In this document: one piece after another, positions 52,255 through 64,000 of the stretch
Layout: the number at the start of each line of letters is the position of its first letter
Numbering within the stretch: the stretch's first letter is position 1
Assembly: GCF_006345805.1 (NCBI RefSeq)
Contig: NC_043002.1
Location: 70,928,001-70,992,000 of the forward strand
DNA length: 64,000 nucleotides
Direction of reading: 5' to 3'
Source of the DNA: Octopus sinensis
Lineage: Eukaryota
Notes under the pieces: model-generated
The model's database searches: none
The model's input: only the letters and a program-made list of their open reading frames with translations
What the model was told of the DNA's origin: nothing
Made by a program: the position numbers and the translations under genes

Positions 52255-54099
52255 GTTGCTGAACATTGGAGTTACACTTACAATCCAGCCATCTTTTTAC
52301 TTATTTTCACTCACAATGCGTGGGCCAACCCGAAGCTAAGATAACAAATGTTTGTTAAAGTTTCCATGCAGTGTGACCGAACTTACGACCTTGTTATTGT
52401 AAAGCAAGATTCTTAACCACTTCACCCGGCTTCTTTCACAACTTCATTCATTTTAACTCACACATCTCTGCTTCGATTATTTGTTGACAACAAACTCCTT
52501 GCCGGTCTTCTCTATTTATTGATGATTCCCTTATCTCATGATAGGATATTTACTACACACTATTCGAAATTGGTATAATATAAAGTTTGAAGCTGAGTCA
52601 TCCTAGCAGATGATTTAATCCGAAGATAGTTTTCATCAATAATAGTGACAGGGGGCGTAAGAAAGTTCAAATTCAAAGAAAATTTTATCCACTAGACACA
52701 CATTAATTGACCTACAATGCTTTTGTATTGCACTTGCAATAAGCAGACACTGAACTGGTTTAAGACATAACAATAAGATAAAAGAAGCGATAAATACGAT
52801 TAATGATCCTACATTTATACATGGAAACTAAAAGAAGTTAGCGACATTGAGGAATATATGATGGCGCAATATATTTAATTAAACTCTTCCATCTGGCAAA
52901 TACTACTTGATTAAAATGGCACAAATAAAATACGTAATTACATTTTATATGTTCCACCAAGAGATAAATTGCAAGCATTAATGAAGTGATCAGTCTTTCA
53001 ATAGAATTTGCTGGTATGATGCCAAAGTATACGAGTGATACTAACAAAAATACACAAATCCAATAAAAATTGTCTGATGCAATTTAACGTTAAATCTTCA
53101 CCGTATAAACCGATTCCTGTCTTACTGAATCTCTTTCATGGCATTTAATAAATCTTTCATCTCGAACAGAAATGTCAATTCTGGGTAATATCTTTTATTT
53201 AAAAACAAACTTTGACCTTTTGTTTTCCGATTGCTCCTCGATATCTCTTTAAATATCCGACAAAGACCGATTAAATTTAATTACTCATCTTTAAATCTTT
53301 CTTATTTTGGTTTGTTGCCAAGTGAAACTGTGCTGTCTAAGACAAAAATAATCCAACATTTCTAGTATTTCTTCTGATTATAAACTTTGTCTTGATATTT
53401 AAAGAAACCTTATAACTCAGGTGAAGTTATTTAAGATTCGTTTAGAGAAGCATGATCTTTAAATCCCTTGCAAGTTAAAATAGCAGCATATTTTCAAATC
53501 GTATTTCAAAAATGCTGACTCCATTTCATCCTTGTATTCATTTCTTGTTGCAGTATCACCTCCAGAGTCAAAACCTAGTTAACTGAAACAGCAGTGCAGG
53601 TCCAAATCGTACTGAAAGTATTACAACTGCATTCCTTGTTTTATATAAATTCCTTTGAGAATATCCCTCCCAACGCTAAAATATCTGAATCTGAATTTGC
53701 GACACAATTTCAAATTGTACTTGAAAAGTTTTGAGTTCCTCTGGCTCATCGTAAAGTACTGCCTCAAACCGATTAAGTTGCATTTTAATCTCTTTAGGAG
53801 GAAAATTATTTCGGTGCCATAATATTTATTATAACACTTATAGTTCGATTTGCAAGTAATTCAGATATAAATGTAAGATGAAATAAATGTAAGATTAATT
53901 TGTGAAAAAGTAAGTAAAGTACAGCTTAGTTACAATCACAAAAACATATTTTATCATTTCTTTATCGTATAAGTTCAGATGGCGAAAGGAAAACATTGGT
54001 TTCTTCGTGAAAAAGTGGTTTGTCAGTGGTTCTTGTTTTACTAAGTTCTCTACCTCTGTATATATAGATGTGTATTTATATACATGTGTGTCTGTGTGA

Positions 54100-54236
54100 A
54101 ACCGTTACTCCGAACATATTTTCTCTCTCTATTTTATCCTCTCATCCCTTGTCGAAGGGCGTAGGCTCGAAACGTTAAAGAGTTTTCCATTCTTCCCTCA
54201 CCTATCTTTGTCCTTTATTTTCTGTAATTTTCAGCC
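54100..54236 (+). mobile_element. PLE-type terminal repeat with a hammerhead-like motif, ending at (TA)n
   Basis: CTTGTCGAA GGGC-GTAG-GCTC GAAACGTT AAAG; homologous to 3553-3600 (minus). Confidence 0.55.
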
Positions 54237-54377
54237 ATATATATATTTATATATACGTATATATATATATATTTATATATACGTATATATATATATACAT
54301 ACATATATATATAATATATATATATATATTATATATATATATATATGTATGTATATATATATATATATATATGTATG

Positions 54378-54413
<36 letters not shown>

Positions 54414-54526
54414 ATGTATATATATGTATGTATGTATATATATATATATATATTATATATATATATTATATATATATATATATGTATATCTATCTCTATA
54501 TATATATATGTACATATGTATGTATA

Positions 54527-55469
54527 CACGAGGCTGGGCCGGAAAGTCCTTAGTCTGATTATGAAGAAGTGATGCTAGAGCTATGAAATATTTCATGAAT
54601 TATTAATAACCTAATTGTCTCTCTCCAGGTAAACTGACATGCGACTGTTGAAAAAAAGAATCAAGTGTAACTGCTAAGAATTTCTCTTTAAAATGACGAA
54701 AATTTGCCATTGTGATGTTATCAAGAATCTGTAGGAAAATGCTTTTAACATCCAAAGATATTGATGCAGACATGGTTACTAGATTAGGAGATGACACTCC
54801 AAGTTTATCTTCAGTGCAAAAGTGAGGAGGTAAATTTAAGAGGGGCAGGGAAACGCTTGAAGATGATTCATGTTCTAGACTCCTGCAACTGCCACTACAG
54901 TCACTGTGTTCACCGTATGGTGATGGATGACAAGATACCAGAGTCGTTTCCGCTACAAGGAAGGTGATGGCCTCAGTGATTTGGGGCGCAAAACGTAGTG
55001 TCTATTGACTATCTTCAAAAGATCCACACCAACAATGGAGAACACTATGCCAACTTGCTGTGGCATTTACAAAAAACTAAACGTCTAAGAAATATGACTT
55101 GTTTTATCAGGATAATGGTTCACTACACAAATCCTTGGTCTCAACGGAGGATATGCGGGACTGCGACATTGAACTGGTTGATTGCTCTTCCTCTTCTCTT
55201 GATTTGGCCACATCTAGCCATCATCTGTTCCCTGCGTGATAAAATAACCGGCTGCGAACCAGTATTGTATTGCTGATAACGTCATGTCTACTATTGAAGA
55301 TATTTTTTGAGCAACAGGTTAAAAAACCTCTTCACCAATGGGAGCCAAGCCCCGCAGCAGTGATGCAAAGAGTGCGTGGACCGCTAGGGAGACTATGTTG
55401 TAAGGGAGACTGTTGGTTACATCCCATAGGAGAATCTTGGTCAGGCTATGAACTTTCAACCAATCCTCA
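54527..55469 (+). mobile_element. Degenerate mariner transposon
   Basis: TA-flanked diverged TIRs (CACGAGGCTGGGCCGGAAAGT / ACTTTCAACCAATCCTCA); remnants KFKRGRETLEDD, KVMASV.W, IDYLQK..TNNGEHYANLL, QDN, SLDLA...HLFP. Confidence 0.85.
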
Positions 55470-57561
55470 TAAATACACACACACACACACGCACACACAC
55501 ACACATATATATACGTATATATTTTAAAATTATAAGTATATGAAAGAATGGAGTTGAACGACTAGTTAACAAATATCCTTTATTCTCGTACTCAAATATT
55601 TATATACGCATATATGTATGTAGGTATGTGTGTGTATGTATGCGTGTATGTATCTATATCTATATTTATCTATCAATGTGCGTGGGCGTGTGTGTGCGTG
55701 TGCGTGTGTGTGTGCGTGTGTTTGTGTGTAAGAGTCTATATTTCTATGTGTATACCTATATATATATATTCATAAATCTTTAGAAAGTGAAGAGGCATGG
55801 ATGTAAGATTCAGTCTGCCATAAACAATATTCATATAATTGTCTACCACATGCAATAGTTGATTACATGTACTTATGGAATAAATCTAAATATAGTATTT
55901 ATTTGTCTTTCATCTAATATTTTAAAATTTCTTATATAAATAATAAATAGTCAAGAAATGCAAAAAAAATGTCTTACAAAGAATCATTTAGATTGATAGA
56001 CACATATGGTTGCATGTGAAAAATTATTGAAAGATAAATGAAATGTGTACCAATATTTCGTTTTCTTATTTTGATATCAAACTCCCCGAAAATACTTTTT
56101 ACTTTGTATGTTCGAAAATTTTTCATTCTTTGCAGTTTTATTCTTTGATTTGCGTCCATGAATCAACATCGTCATGAAGCATATTCTAAGTCGGTCATGT
56201 ATTTCCCAATACTTATTTACGGCAGGTAATAATTTTATCGATATCTATTCTTGGTATGGATAAATCACGTTTTGGCATGAAGTGACGCAGTTTAACACAA
56301 TAAAGACACCGAATATTGTTCTTATGCACTCATACACAAATAAATACGCGGCTACTCATATATTAAATATATTGCATCGGTTTCCTTAAATTGTCAACTT
56401 GATAATGCTATTCATAAGGCATTAATCTTGGCATGTGTACAGTAAGAGATATTTCCCAAAGTGTTATGAAGTAAGATCGTACCAGTAGCTACATCATTGC
56501 GAAATAAGATCTGTATGTGTACGTGTTTTGTTCATGTATCCTTTTCTTGCAGTCATGTACCTCCATCTATCCACTGAGAAGACATACCTCAACATAAAAT
56601 GACCTCCAATTTTCCGAAAGAAAATCCAATACTTATCATATAGAACGTGCTGAAAATTATCGAAATTGTCTAGAAAGCTATTATATTTAGATTTGTATAT
56701 CTAGATCGATACTTCACAATTGTGAGATCAAATCGCGCTGCTGTCTGTTGTTGCAGTTGTGTTCTACAGTAATGAGAATTTTTAGCATGTATAATGGAAG
56801 TGAGGATTGACTCAGTAGATTATTAACCTCTACTGAGTTAATAATCTACAGTCATTCAAACATGGCAGTAGATTTTTTTCTTCTGCCCTTCAAAAATTAT
56901 AGTAAGATATTAAAGATGATTTCAGTGCTCAATAGAAATTTTGCACAGGACATTGTTTTATGCATTCAGAAAAGAACACTTTGTTACCCCGACTTAGATA
57001 ATTAATAATTCTTTTTTTATATACATGTAAATGTTTAATGGGTGACAAGAAAATATAATGGTAGAAACGTTAAGTTGAGTGACTTTTATACTTTCCCCAG
57101 GACAATATTGTGGTTAATAATGTAGAAATGATTATAGAGGAGCTCCAATCCACCTCATTGTGTAGATGTAACTTACGTTTGAGCCGATTGTACAGTACTA
57201 CTCACACCTAGGAACTAGCTGAAGTTTTATAAAATTAATATAATCGGTGTTTGAAAAAAAAAAAAGAGAATAGATTTAAAGAGTGGCATCTTTTCAGTAA
57301 CAGAAATAATTATAGCCGAAATATGTAAGGTCTATTCTGATATCTTACTGTGCATTAATTTTTGATTTGTCTTTGTCATGAATCTTGGGATATTTTGTTT
57401 TAGCAAAAGGTCAATTTTGGATGAATAACAATGTTTTCTGGTGTTTGCTTCAAGGGCGCTCGGGGATAGGCACGTTACAAGCAATGATTACAGTTTATGT
57501 GAGGGTTTATATAAAGATGACGGAAAGAAAAAGAAAATAGGGGTAAAAATTAGACAGTGTA

Positions 57562-57730
57562 CAATAATCCCTCGACTATTGCTGGCGTTATGTTCCAAAA
57601 ACCTCCGAGATAAGTGAAAGTCCGCGAAGTAGAAATAGTACTGTACTGTATATTTTAATTTTTTATCTTCATAATTTATATATATTTACTTTATTATAAA
57701 TTCAAAGAACACCACAGAGGAATAGACGTA
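57562..57730 (+). mobile_element. pogo/Tigger-like terminal fragment
   Basis: CAATAATCCCTCGACTATTGC..GTTATGTTCCAAAAACCTCCG.GATAAGTGAAA.TCCGCGAAGTAGAAA resembles Tigger-type ends; no partner TIR seen. Confidence 0.5.
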
Positions 57731-58585
57731 AGCTTAAATAATAAACCACGATGATTGAACTGCGATATGATTTATACATCGATGCCATCCTGCCATTTGT
57801 TGTTTTCCAAAATACAGTCGTACGCGTAGATTGAGTTTCTTCACTTTCACCATTTTTCTCACAGTCCCCTACCTTGGACAAATTCACTACGAGTGCGCAC
57901 TTAAGAAACAATATACAATGTAAGAAGACTTGCGATGACAGGAAATGCTTTATTCAGCGAATCGAAAATATTAGCAACGCACTAAACGAGCATGAAATAA
58001 TTCAGCATAAGTCAGAAAAGTAGTATATCTTATAATGTCAGGAGAAAATATTTCTATATTTTCCAGAATAGTGGTTATTTTCTCTCTCAAAGCAGATTCT
58101 CAAAAAAATTTTTAATATAATATTCTTTGAAAGACAATGCAAAATAACTTTTCTCTTTGGAGACTATACTTACTTTTTTTACTGCAAAATCTAACAAGTT
58201 ATAACGTTTATGCATTGTTATGAGATAAAAGACGTATCTAAAGTTTTCTTTGTATTAGGTAAACAGCGCGAGATGATAGTTCACTCTTAAAAAAATCACG
58301 TCTGTTGTTTTCTGAATGATACGAAATATTTTCCAGTGCGTTGACATGGACGTCCGAGTTGGGTGTTCAGTCTATCTATTCATTGCAACAAACTGCGTAT
58401 CCTTTGGGGACGAAGGCAATTAATGAAACATTCCACATAGTAGAAAATATATATACCACGGGGTAGGTCAACTGGTTGCTCAAATCCAGCTCAATAATTG
58501 TGAGAAGTTGATCAATAGTAAATTCGTTAATGCCGCACGGAAGGAATTGTACTACACAAGTTAATTATTGCCCAGCTTCACTTAC

Positions 58586-58695
58586 TTCATACAAAGTCTT
58601 TGGTAATCTGGACTTAGGAACTGTGATTTAGCTTTCGCTTCCCTCCAACAAGAAGAGGAACCTGTGCAGGAATAGCACTTTAAGGGGTGAACATT
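58586..58695 (-). CDS. Candidate internal exon of a Ly6/three-finger (quiver-like) protein, possibly pseudogenic
   Basis: TTCTCCTCCAAG| NVHPLKCYSCTGSSSCWREAKAKSQFLSPDYQRLCM(K) |GTAAGT; LKCYxC is the typical start of an LU domain; matching neighbouring exons not established. Confidence 0.3.
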
Positions 58696-59028
58696 CTTGG
58701 AGGAGAATCGAACATAGAATTTGATAGCGTGTTTAGTGATGGTGCAGTTAGAAATGCTTTGCCGCATCAGTGGAATATACTCAGAAAGTAACATAAATAC
58801 ACATATTTATACAAACAACATACGAATATTTACATATAAGAAAGTATATATGAATGTATGCAACATAATATATGAATGTATGAATGTATGCAACACGACC
58901 AGTTTAAATTGCTTGCTTCGTAACTCCGCGTGCGATATGGCATAAACATCAACGCAGTAAATGCAATGATGAAATGAATTAAAAATTTATATAAATAAGG
59001 ATAAGATCGTAATTTATATTTATATATG

Positions 59029-59086
<58 letters not shown>

Positions 59087-60799
59087 ATATGCATGTACAT
59101 ATATATGTATATATATGTGCATATCTCCACTTATAGGAATCTAATGCAAAGCATAAATACACAAGGCGCTGCGTTGTGTGATTGATATCGAAATTGCGTG
59201 GTTGCGAAACCAAATATTTAGCTCCAGGGAAATACTATGCTGGCGTATACCACGTTTCCCGTTCTGAGAGCAGCTTGCTCTGATAAACATTTTCTGAGTG
59301 GACAATGGTCAATCTCTTCACGATCATTATAGGCTCCTATACTTTAAGTCTATGTTTTGCAGAGTACGTTAGCCAATTGACGTGGATTAATCTAAATCTC
59401 TATATCCATGTGACCAGATTCAGTTTAAATTTAGTAGCGGTTGAATTTAGCTACATGGTATTGTTCTTTCAATGCTTCCCTGTTCAGATGTGATGCCGTC
59501 AACATGTTTTCGGTCCAGTAATTATTTTCACGATCTGTTTGTAAAACGGATCGAAACCGGTTTACATCGGGAAATATAAACACAGACACGGTCGCAGTTA
59601 TGTTAACTTCGTACTTGTCTTAGAGTATTCAAATATATTGTGGTTTTTTCCCTTCTTGCAGAACATGATAATATGGAAACATAGACATTACAAATAATTA
59701 GTAAAAAAGCACCCGATAATGGAATTTTTCTAAGCTCTATGCCTCGTATATAGTTAACAGACACTTAACTACTAACCATGCCTTTAATTAGTTTTCTTAC
59801 TAGTTCCATATTTAAGTTCTTATATGAGCGTATGTCTGTGTGTGCATGTAGGTTCGAGCGCCTGTGTACATAAAAATGATATATAACATATAATAAAAGG
59901 TTTTGTTACGCTAATTATGGTAAAAAATATCATATAAAGACAATAAACTCTGAACTAGAGGTGTATAAATTGACAAGAGCAGTTGCGGTTATTCAATTGC
60001 TACTCGTGTGTTCAGGTAGCAATTAATTACGGAAGATTAACACAAAAAGAAGAAAAATCCGATATCCGAGTTGGACCACAAGGAGAAAAAAACAGAGTAA
60101 AGAGCAAAAATAAAATTATGTTGAGCAAAAAATATGATAATTAATGGTAATGGCAGAAGAGAATGAATAGCTTGTTTTTATTTTTATTACTTCATCTGTG
60201 AGACTGACAACCGTTTTGATTAACATGAAATATTGTTTCATTGAGAAATGTTAAAGTGGTCGAATGGCATATTTAGAATAAATTCTATCAAAGTAGGAAG
60301 AGAGGTAAATACCCAAACAAAAGTTTATTGATATATACATGTATAGTGATCTATATTTACGTAAAAATATATATGTAGGTACATAAGTACCTAAATACCA
60401 TACCGTTGGAATATCGATTGTATTAAGTTGCTAAGGGAGGAAAAGCGCCTTTGTTCCGTATCGGCAAAAGAAAACCAGTGAAAATTATACTTTTGAATTA
60501 ATTTCCCTGAAATTTGTATGCATATACTTTAATGGTGAAGGGGCTGAAATAACGAGCTATCATTTGCACCCCGCCTGCAACTACATACACAACTAGTAAA
60601 AAAAAAAACTTTTCCGATCACAGTTCGAAACGTGTATGATGTGTAAATATTGAAAGAATTTTTACTCCAATAGATGAGCTTAATAGTTCGAGAAAATCCG
60701 ATTACATAGAGATGTTTTTGTTTTACTATTGTAGCCACTGTTGTCTGATTGATTTGATTATCTCAAGGTCGAACAAGTTCATTGATGTTAATTTCGTTT

Positions 60800-61511
60800 A
60801 GAAAATGCGCATTTTTGACAAAATTGCCAAGAGGGTGTCTTGGCATCACCCACCAAGTACTTTGTGAGCCGCTCTCCGGCTATCTATCTGCGGCTTTATA
60901 TAGCTATGGTGCGACCTCACCTGGAATTTGCATCACCGGTCTGGAACCTCTATCTTGCCCAGGGTATTAATCGTCTGGAAACCGTTCAGCGACGTGCAAC
61001 CAAGAGTATACCCTCCATCAGGCATTTGCCATAATCTGAAAGCCTTACCTCCTTGGGCACGGATACATTGAAACTCCAACGTTTGGCAGCTGACTTGGCA
61101 GACACCCATAAAATTATTAACCACCATCTTACTAACAATAACTCTGAGCACCTTTTCAAACTCCATTTGTCTAACACCCGTGGACATGTTTACAAAGTCA
61201 GAAAACAGCATAGCTCCCGTGATTTTTCGGAAACATTTTTTCACGCTAAGAGTTGCTGAAGTATGGAACAAACTGCCGAATCAGTTGTTAGTTGTCAGAG
61301 TACTGCATCCTTCAAAACTTCCATGCTTCCTGAGATTCGCCAACACTACAACTGATTTTCTCCACTCCATACACACGCAAGCATGTATCTGACTCATACA
61401 CTGCTCAGTTTCCAGATATTTGTACATTACTGTATATTCTTTATACGCACTTTTGACGAGTTGTGGTGCACCTGAGCACTGTATACAATACTTTCATTAT
61501 TATTATTATTA

Positions 61512-61556
<45 letters not shown>
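60800..61556 (+). mobile_element. CR1/L2-group LINE 3' end with (ATT)n tail
   Basis: LYIAMVRPHLEFASPVWN...LETVQRRATK...RLAADL...TRGH.YK...FFTLRVAEVWNKLP across frameshifts; (ATT)n at ~61496-61556. Confidence 0.92.
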
Positions 61557-61557
<1 letters not shown>

Positions 61558-62102
61558 AACTGAAAAGTTGTGCTCTTGTTTGATTAAAGTCACTAGGTAA
61601 TACTCTAACGATAATAAAATGTAATTTTTCTACATTCGAATGTTTATTTCTCATTGATAAACTAACCAGCGAAACAACCTCATCGATGTCATCTCTCGTG
61701 CTATAAACAACAAAAAACATTCCTCAAATAAAACATGCACTTGAAAATAAGACGCTTTTGATGACGTAGTCCTTCAAATTGCAATATGTTCTCGCTTGTT
61801 TGAACGCCTTTTATCGCAACTCTGCTTGACCCAGAGATAATTTCGTCTGAAGAAATGTTACACCCCCACAAGCTTTCCGCTTTTTCCCCAATACTTTTTC
61901 CAACAGCAGGAAGTTATTGAACAAATTGCTTTGTAACCAACGCGATATTCTGTCATTTTATTTTTGAGACTATTTTTGTAATTAATATCGTAAATTCAGC
62001 AGAATTCGTGCCAACCAATTTTTTATTGAAGCAATCATTCTAAGTGCATGTTAATACAACTACTGAAGAAAATTGAGTGGGTTATTTTCTTTTTTCTTTT
62101 AT

Positions 62103-62301
62103 TCTTTTACTTGTTTCAGTCATTTGACAGCGGCTATGCTGGAGCACCGCCTTTAGTCGAGCAAATCAACCCCAGGACTTATTCTTTGTTCGCCTAGCTT
62201 ATTCTATCGGTCTCTTTTGCCGAAACGCTTGTTGTGAGGACGTAAACAGACCACCATCGGTTGTCAAGCGATGTTCACACACACACAGACACACACACAC
62301 A

Positions 62302-62383
<82 letters not shown>

Positions 62384-62485
62384 TACGACGGGCTTCTTTC
62401 AGTTTCCTTCTACCAAATCCACTCACAAGTCTTTGGTCGGCCTGAGGCAATAGTAGAAGACACTTACCCAAGGGACTGAGCCCCA
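62103..62485 (-). mobile_element. SINE family B, 5'-truncated
   Basis: Tail TCTTTTACTTGTTTCAGTCATTTGAC, internal (CA)n(TA)n, and TACCAAATCCACTCACAAG. Confidence 0.9.
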
Positions 62486-64000
62486 TTTTATATCTTAATT
62501 TTTAGTCCAATCTTCGATCAATGTATTTCAATAATGCTACACGTATTTGATAAAGTGAATGGCCTAAACTATAAATAGTTAAACTCGCACTCATAATGAG
62601 GTGGAAAATTATTGTTTGTAAGGATTCCTTGGTTGTAATATTATTGGTTGTAAGGATTCTACTTGTCAATGAGAAACACCAAAAATCCTTCTCAGTGAGA
62701 AACAACATAATGATCCCACTTAAGAATTAATTTGTAGTATGTAGAGAGAATGAGCCGAATGTCTGAAATATAAAATGACAATTACGATTTCGTTTCAGTT
62801 TTATTTTATATAAATATAGCGATATATATATGAGAATTTGAGTCACCACTTTATGGGCTACTTGATGAAATAGCAACCAGATGTGTAATAGTCAAGTGCG
62901 CTATTAATAAATGAGAAATGAGTTATGTTTTATAAGAAATCTTCAAAGTGTAAGTCTTACTTGTACTTACCATATTTAGATTAAAAAGCTTAGGTGAAGA
63001 CATTTCTCTTAATGTGTTAACTAAAAATAATGAAATGGAAACTATTTGACAGTAATACCTTCTGCTTCAAAAACATATCGTTAAGTGTAAGCTAACCAGC
63101 ATAATGCAGTGAATTCCAAATCATTTTAAATAATTAGATTTACATTCTTTATACAGAAAAAAATGCTTTCCTTTTAATCATTAATTTTCGTGAAGATACT
63201 ACTCAGAAATCGGTGTATATACTGATTAAAAGGCCGGTAATTGAAACGAACGTTGCTTAAAATGCTTTACATCAGAGTGACACTTGTAAAGAAGCGTAAA
63301 CGTTATGATGAAATTAGATAAGGCATAATTATTATATCATTGTTGTTCATTCGAATTTAAAATAGGGATTCTCTCAATAACTTAGTCTACTCTATTTTTA
63401 ATTCATTATTATATCCTAGCTGGGTGTCAGATCTATTGCAAACTGGTTGATTTTTACGAAGAGCTTTTCACTATTAGGTTGCTACGAATGCCTTGTTAGT
63501 TGGTTTAGGAGCATCGTTCAATCTTTGCAATTATATTAAAAAAGAAAGTAGAAATAATTTCAGACACGTGGTTTAACAGAACTTTATTGCAAATTTTCCC
63601 CAAGCCGTTTCTTCCGTGAACATATAATTTACCTAAACACTATATCAGTAATTATATATTCCCATATATGCTGCCATTTCGAAAGTCAGTAGTTTGTGTG
63701 TTGGCGGAATTTAGAATGTTATTTCTAGAAGATCGATGGTCATTGAAGAGATTGCTCCAGTTTTCCCGAGCGCTTTCCCCTGGTTATTCTCATAGCTTCT
63801 CTGCGTGTGACGGTGAAAAATGATTCCTAGTGGACTCTATCACTGAATGGTCCAGTGCCCTACATGGTGGTGAATATATATTTATGGTTGTTTTCCTATC
63901 AAGTAGCACATAAATTCAATTCGAATTCTCTTCTATTTCCTGACTGTATGTCTGCCCAAGTTGCCCAATCTTTCGAGAAGCTTATACTTCCAAATGTTGA

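Noticed and set aside
57177-57218. Minus-strand 42-bp segment with CAG and GTAAGT boundaries
   Set aside because: Stop codons in all three frames.
62971-63003. Possible first coding exon MSSPKLFNLNM|GTAAGT on the minus strand, in phase with 58695
   Set aside because: No signal peptide as expected for an LU protein, and such short ATG-donor pairs arise by chance.

Overview
AT-rich, microsatellite-saturated animal genomic DNA with one 100-N scaffold gap (15166-15265). The SINE repertoire and repeat density suggest a cephalopod, probably Octopus; this is an inference. No intact host gene is evident, and nearly all supplied ORFs are microsatellite or repeat artefacts. The window is mostly mobile DNA: a near-complete Penelope-like retroelement (PLE; RT plus C-terminal GIY-YIG) with ~1.1-kb pseudo-LTRs, three more PLE endonuclease remnants, several modular tRNA-derived SINE families, RTE and CR1/L2 LINE fragments, mariner, Merlin and pogo-like remnants, and non-autonomous Helitrons. 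The strongest signal is a dense layer of RNA structure: about ten minimal type-I hammerhead ribozyme (HHR) motifs, including a young non-coding 536-bp tandem unit with one intact HHR per unit (retrozyme-like); a repeated family with a non-canonical hammerhead-like core; and a series of long asymmetric fold-back palindromes next to microsatellites. There are weak traces of Ly6/three-finger-like exons near 58.6-59.5 kb. All calls come from manual reading; no searches or folding computations were run.
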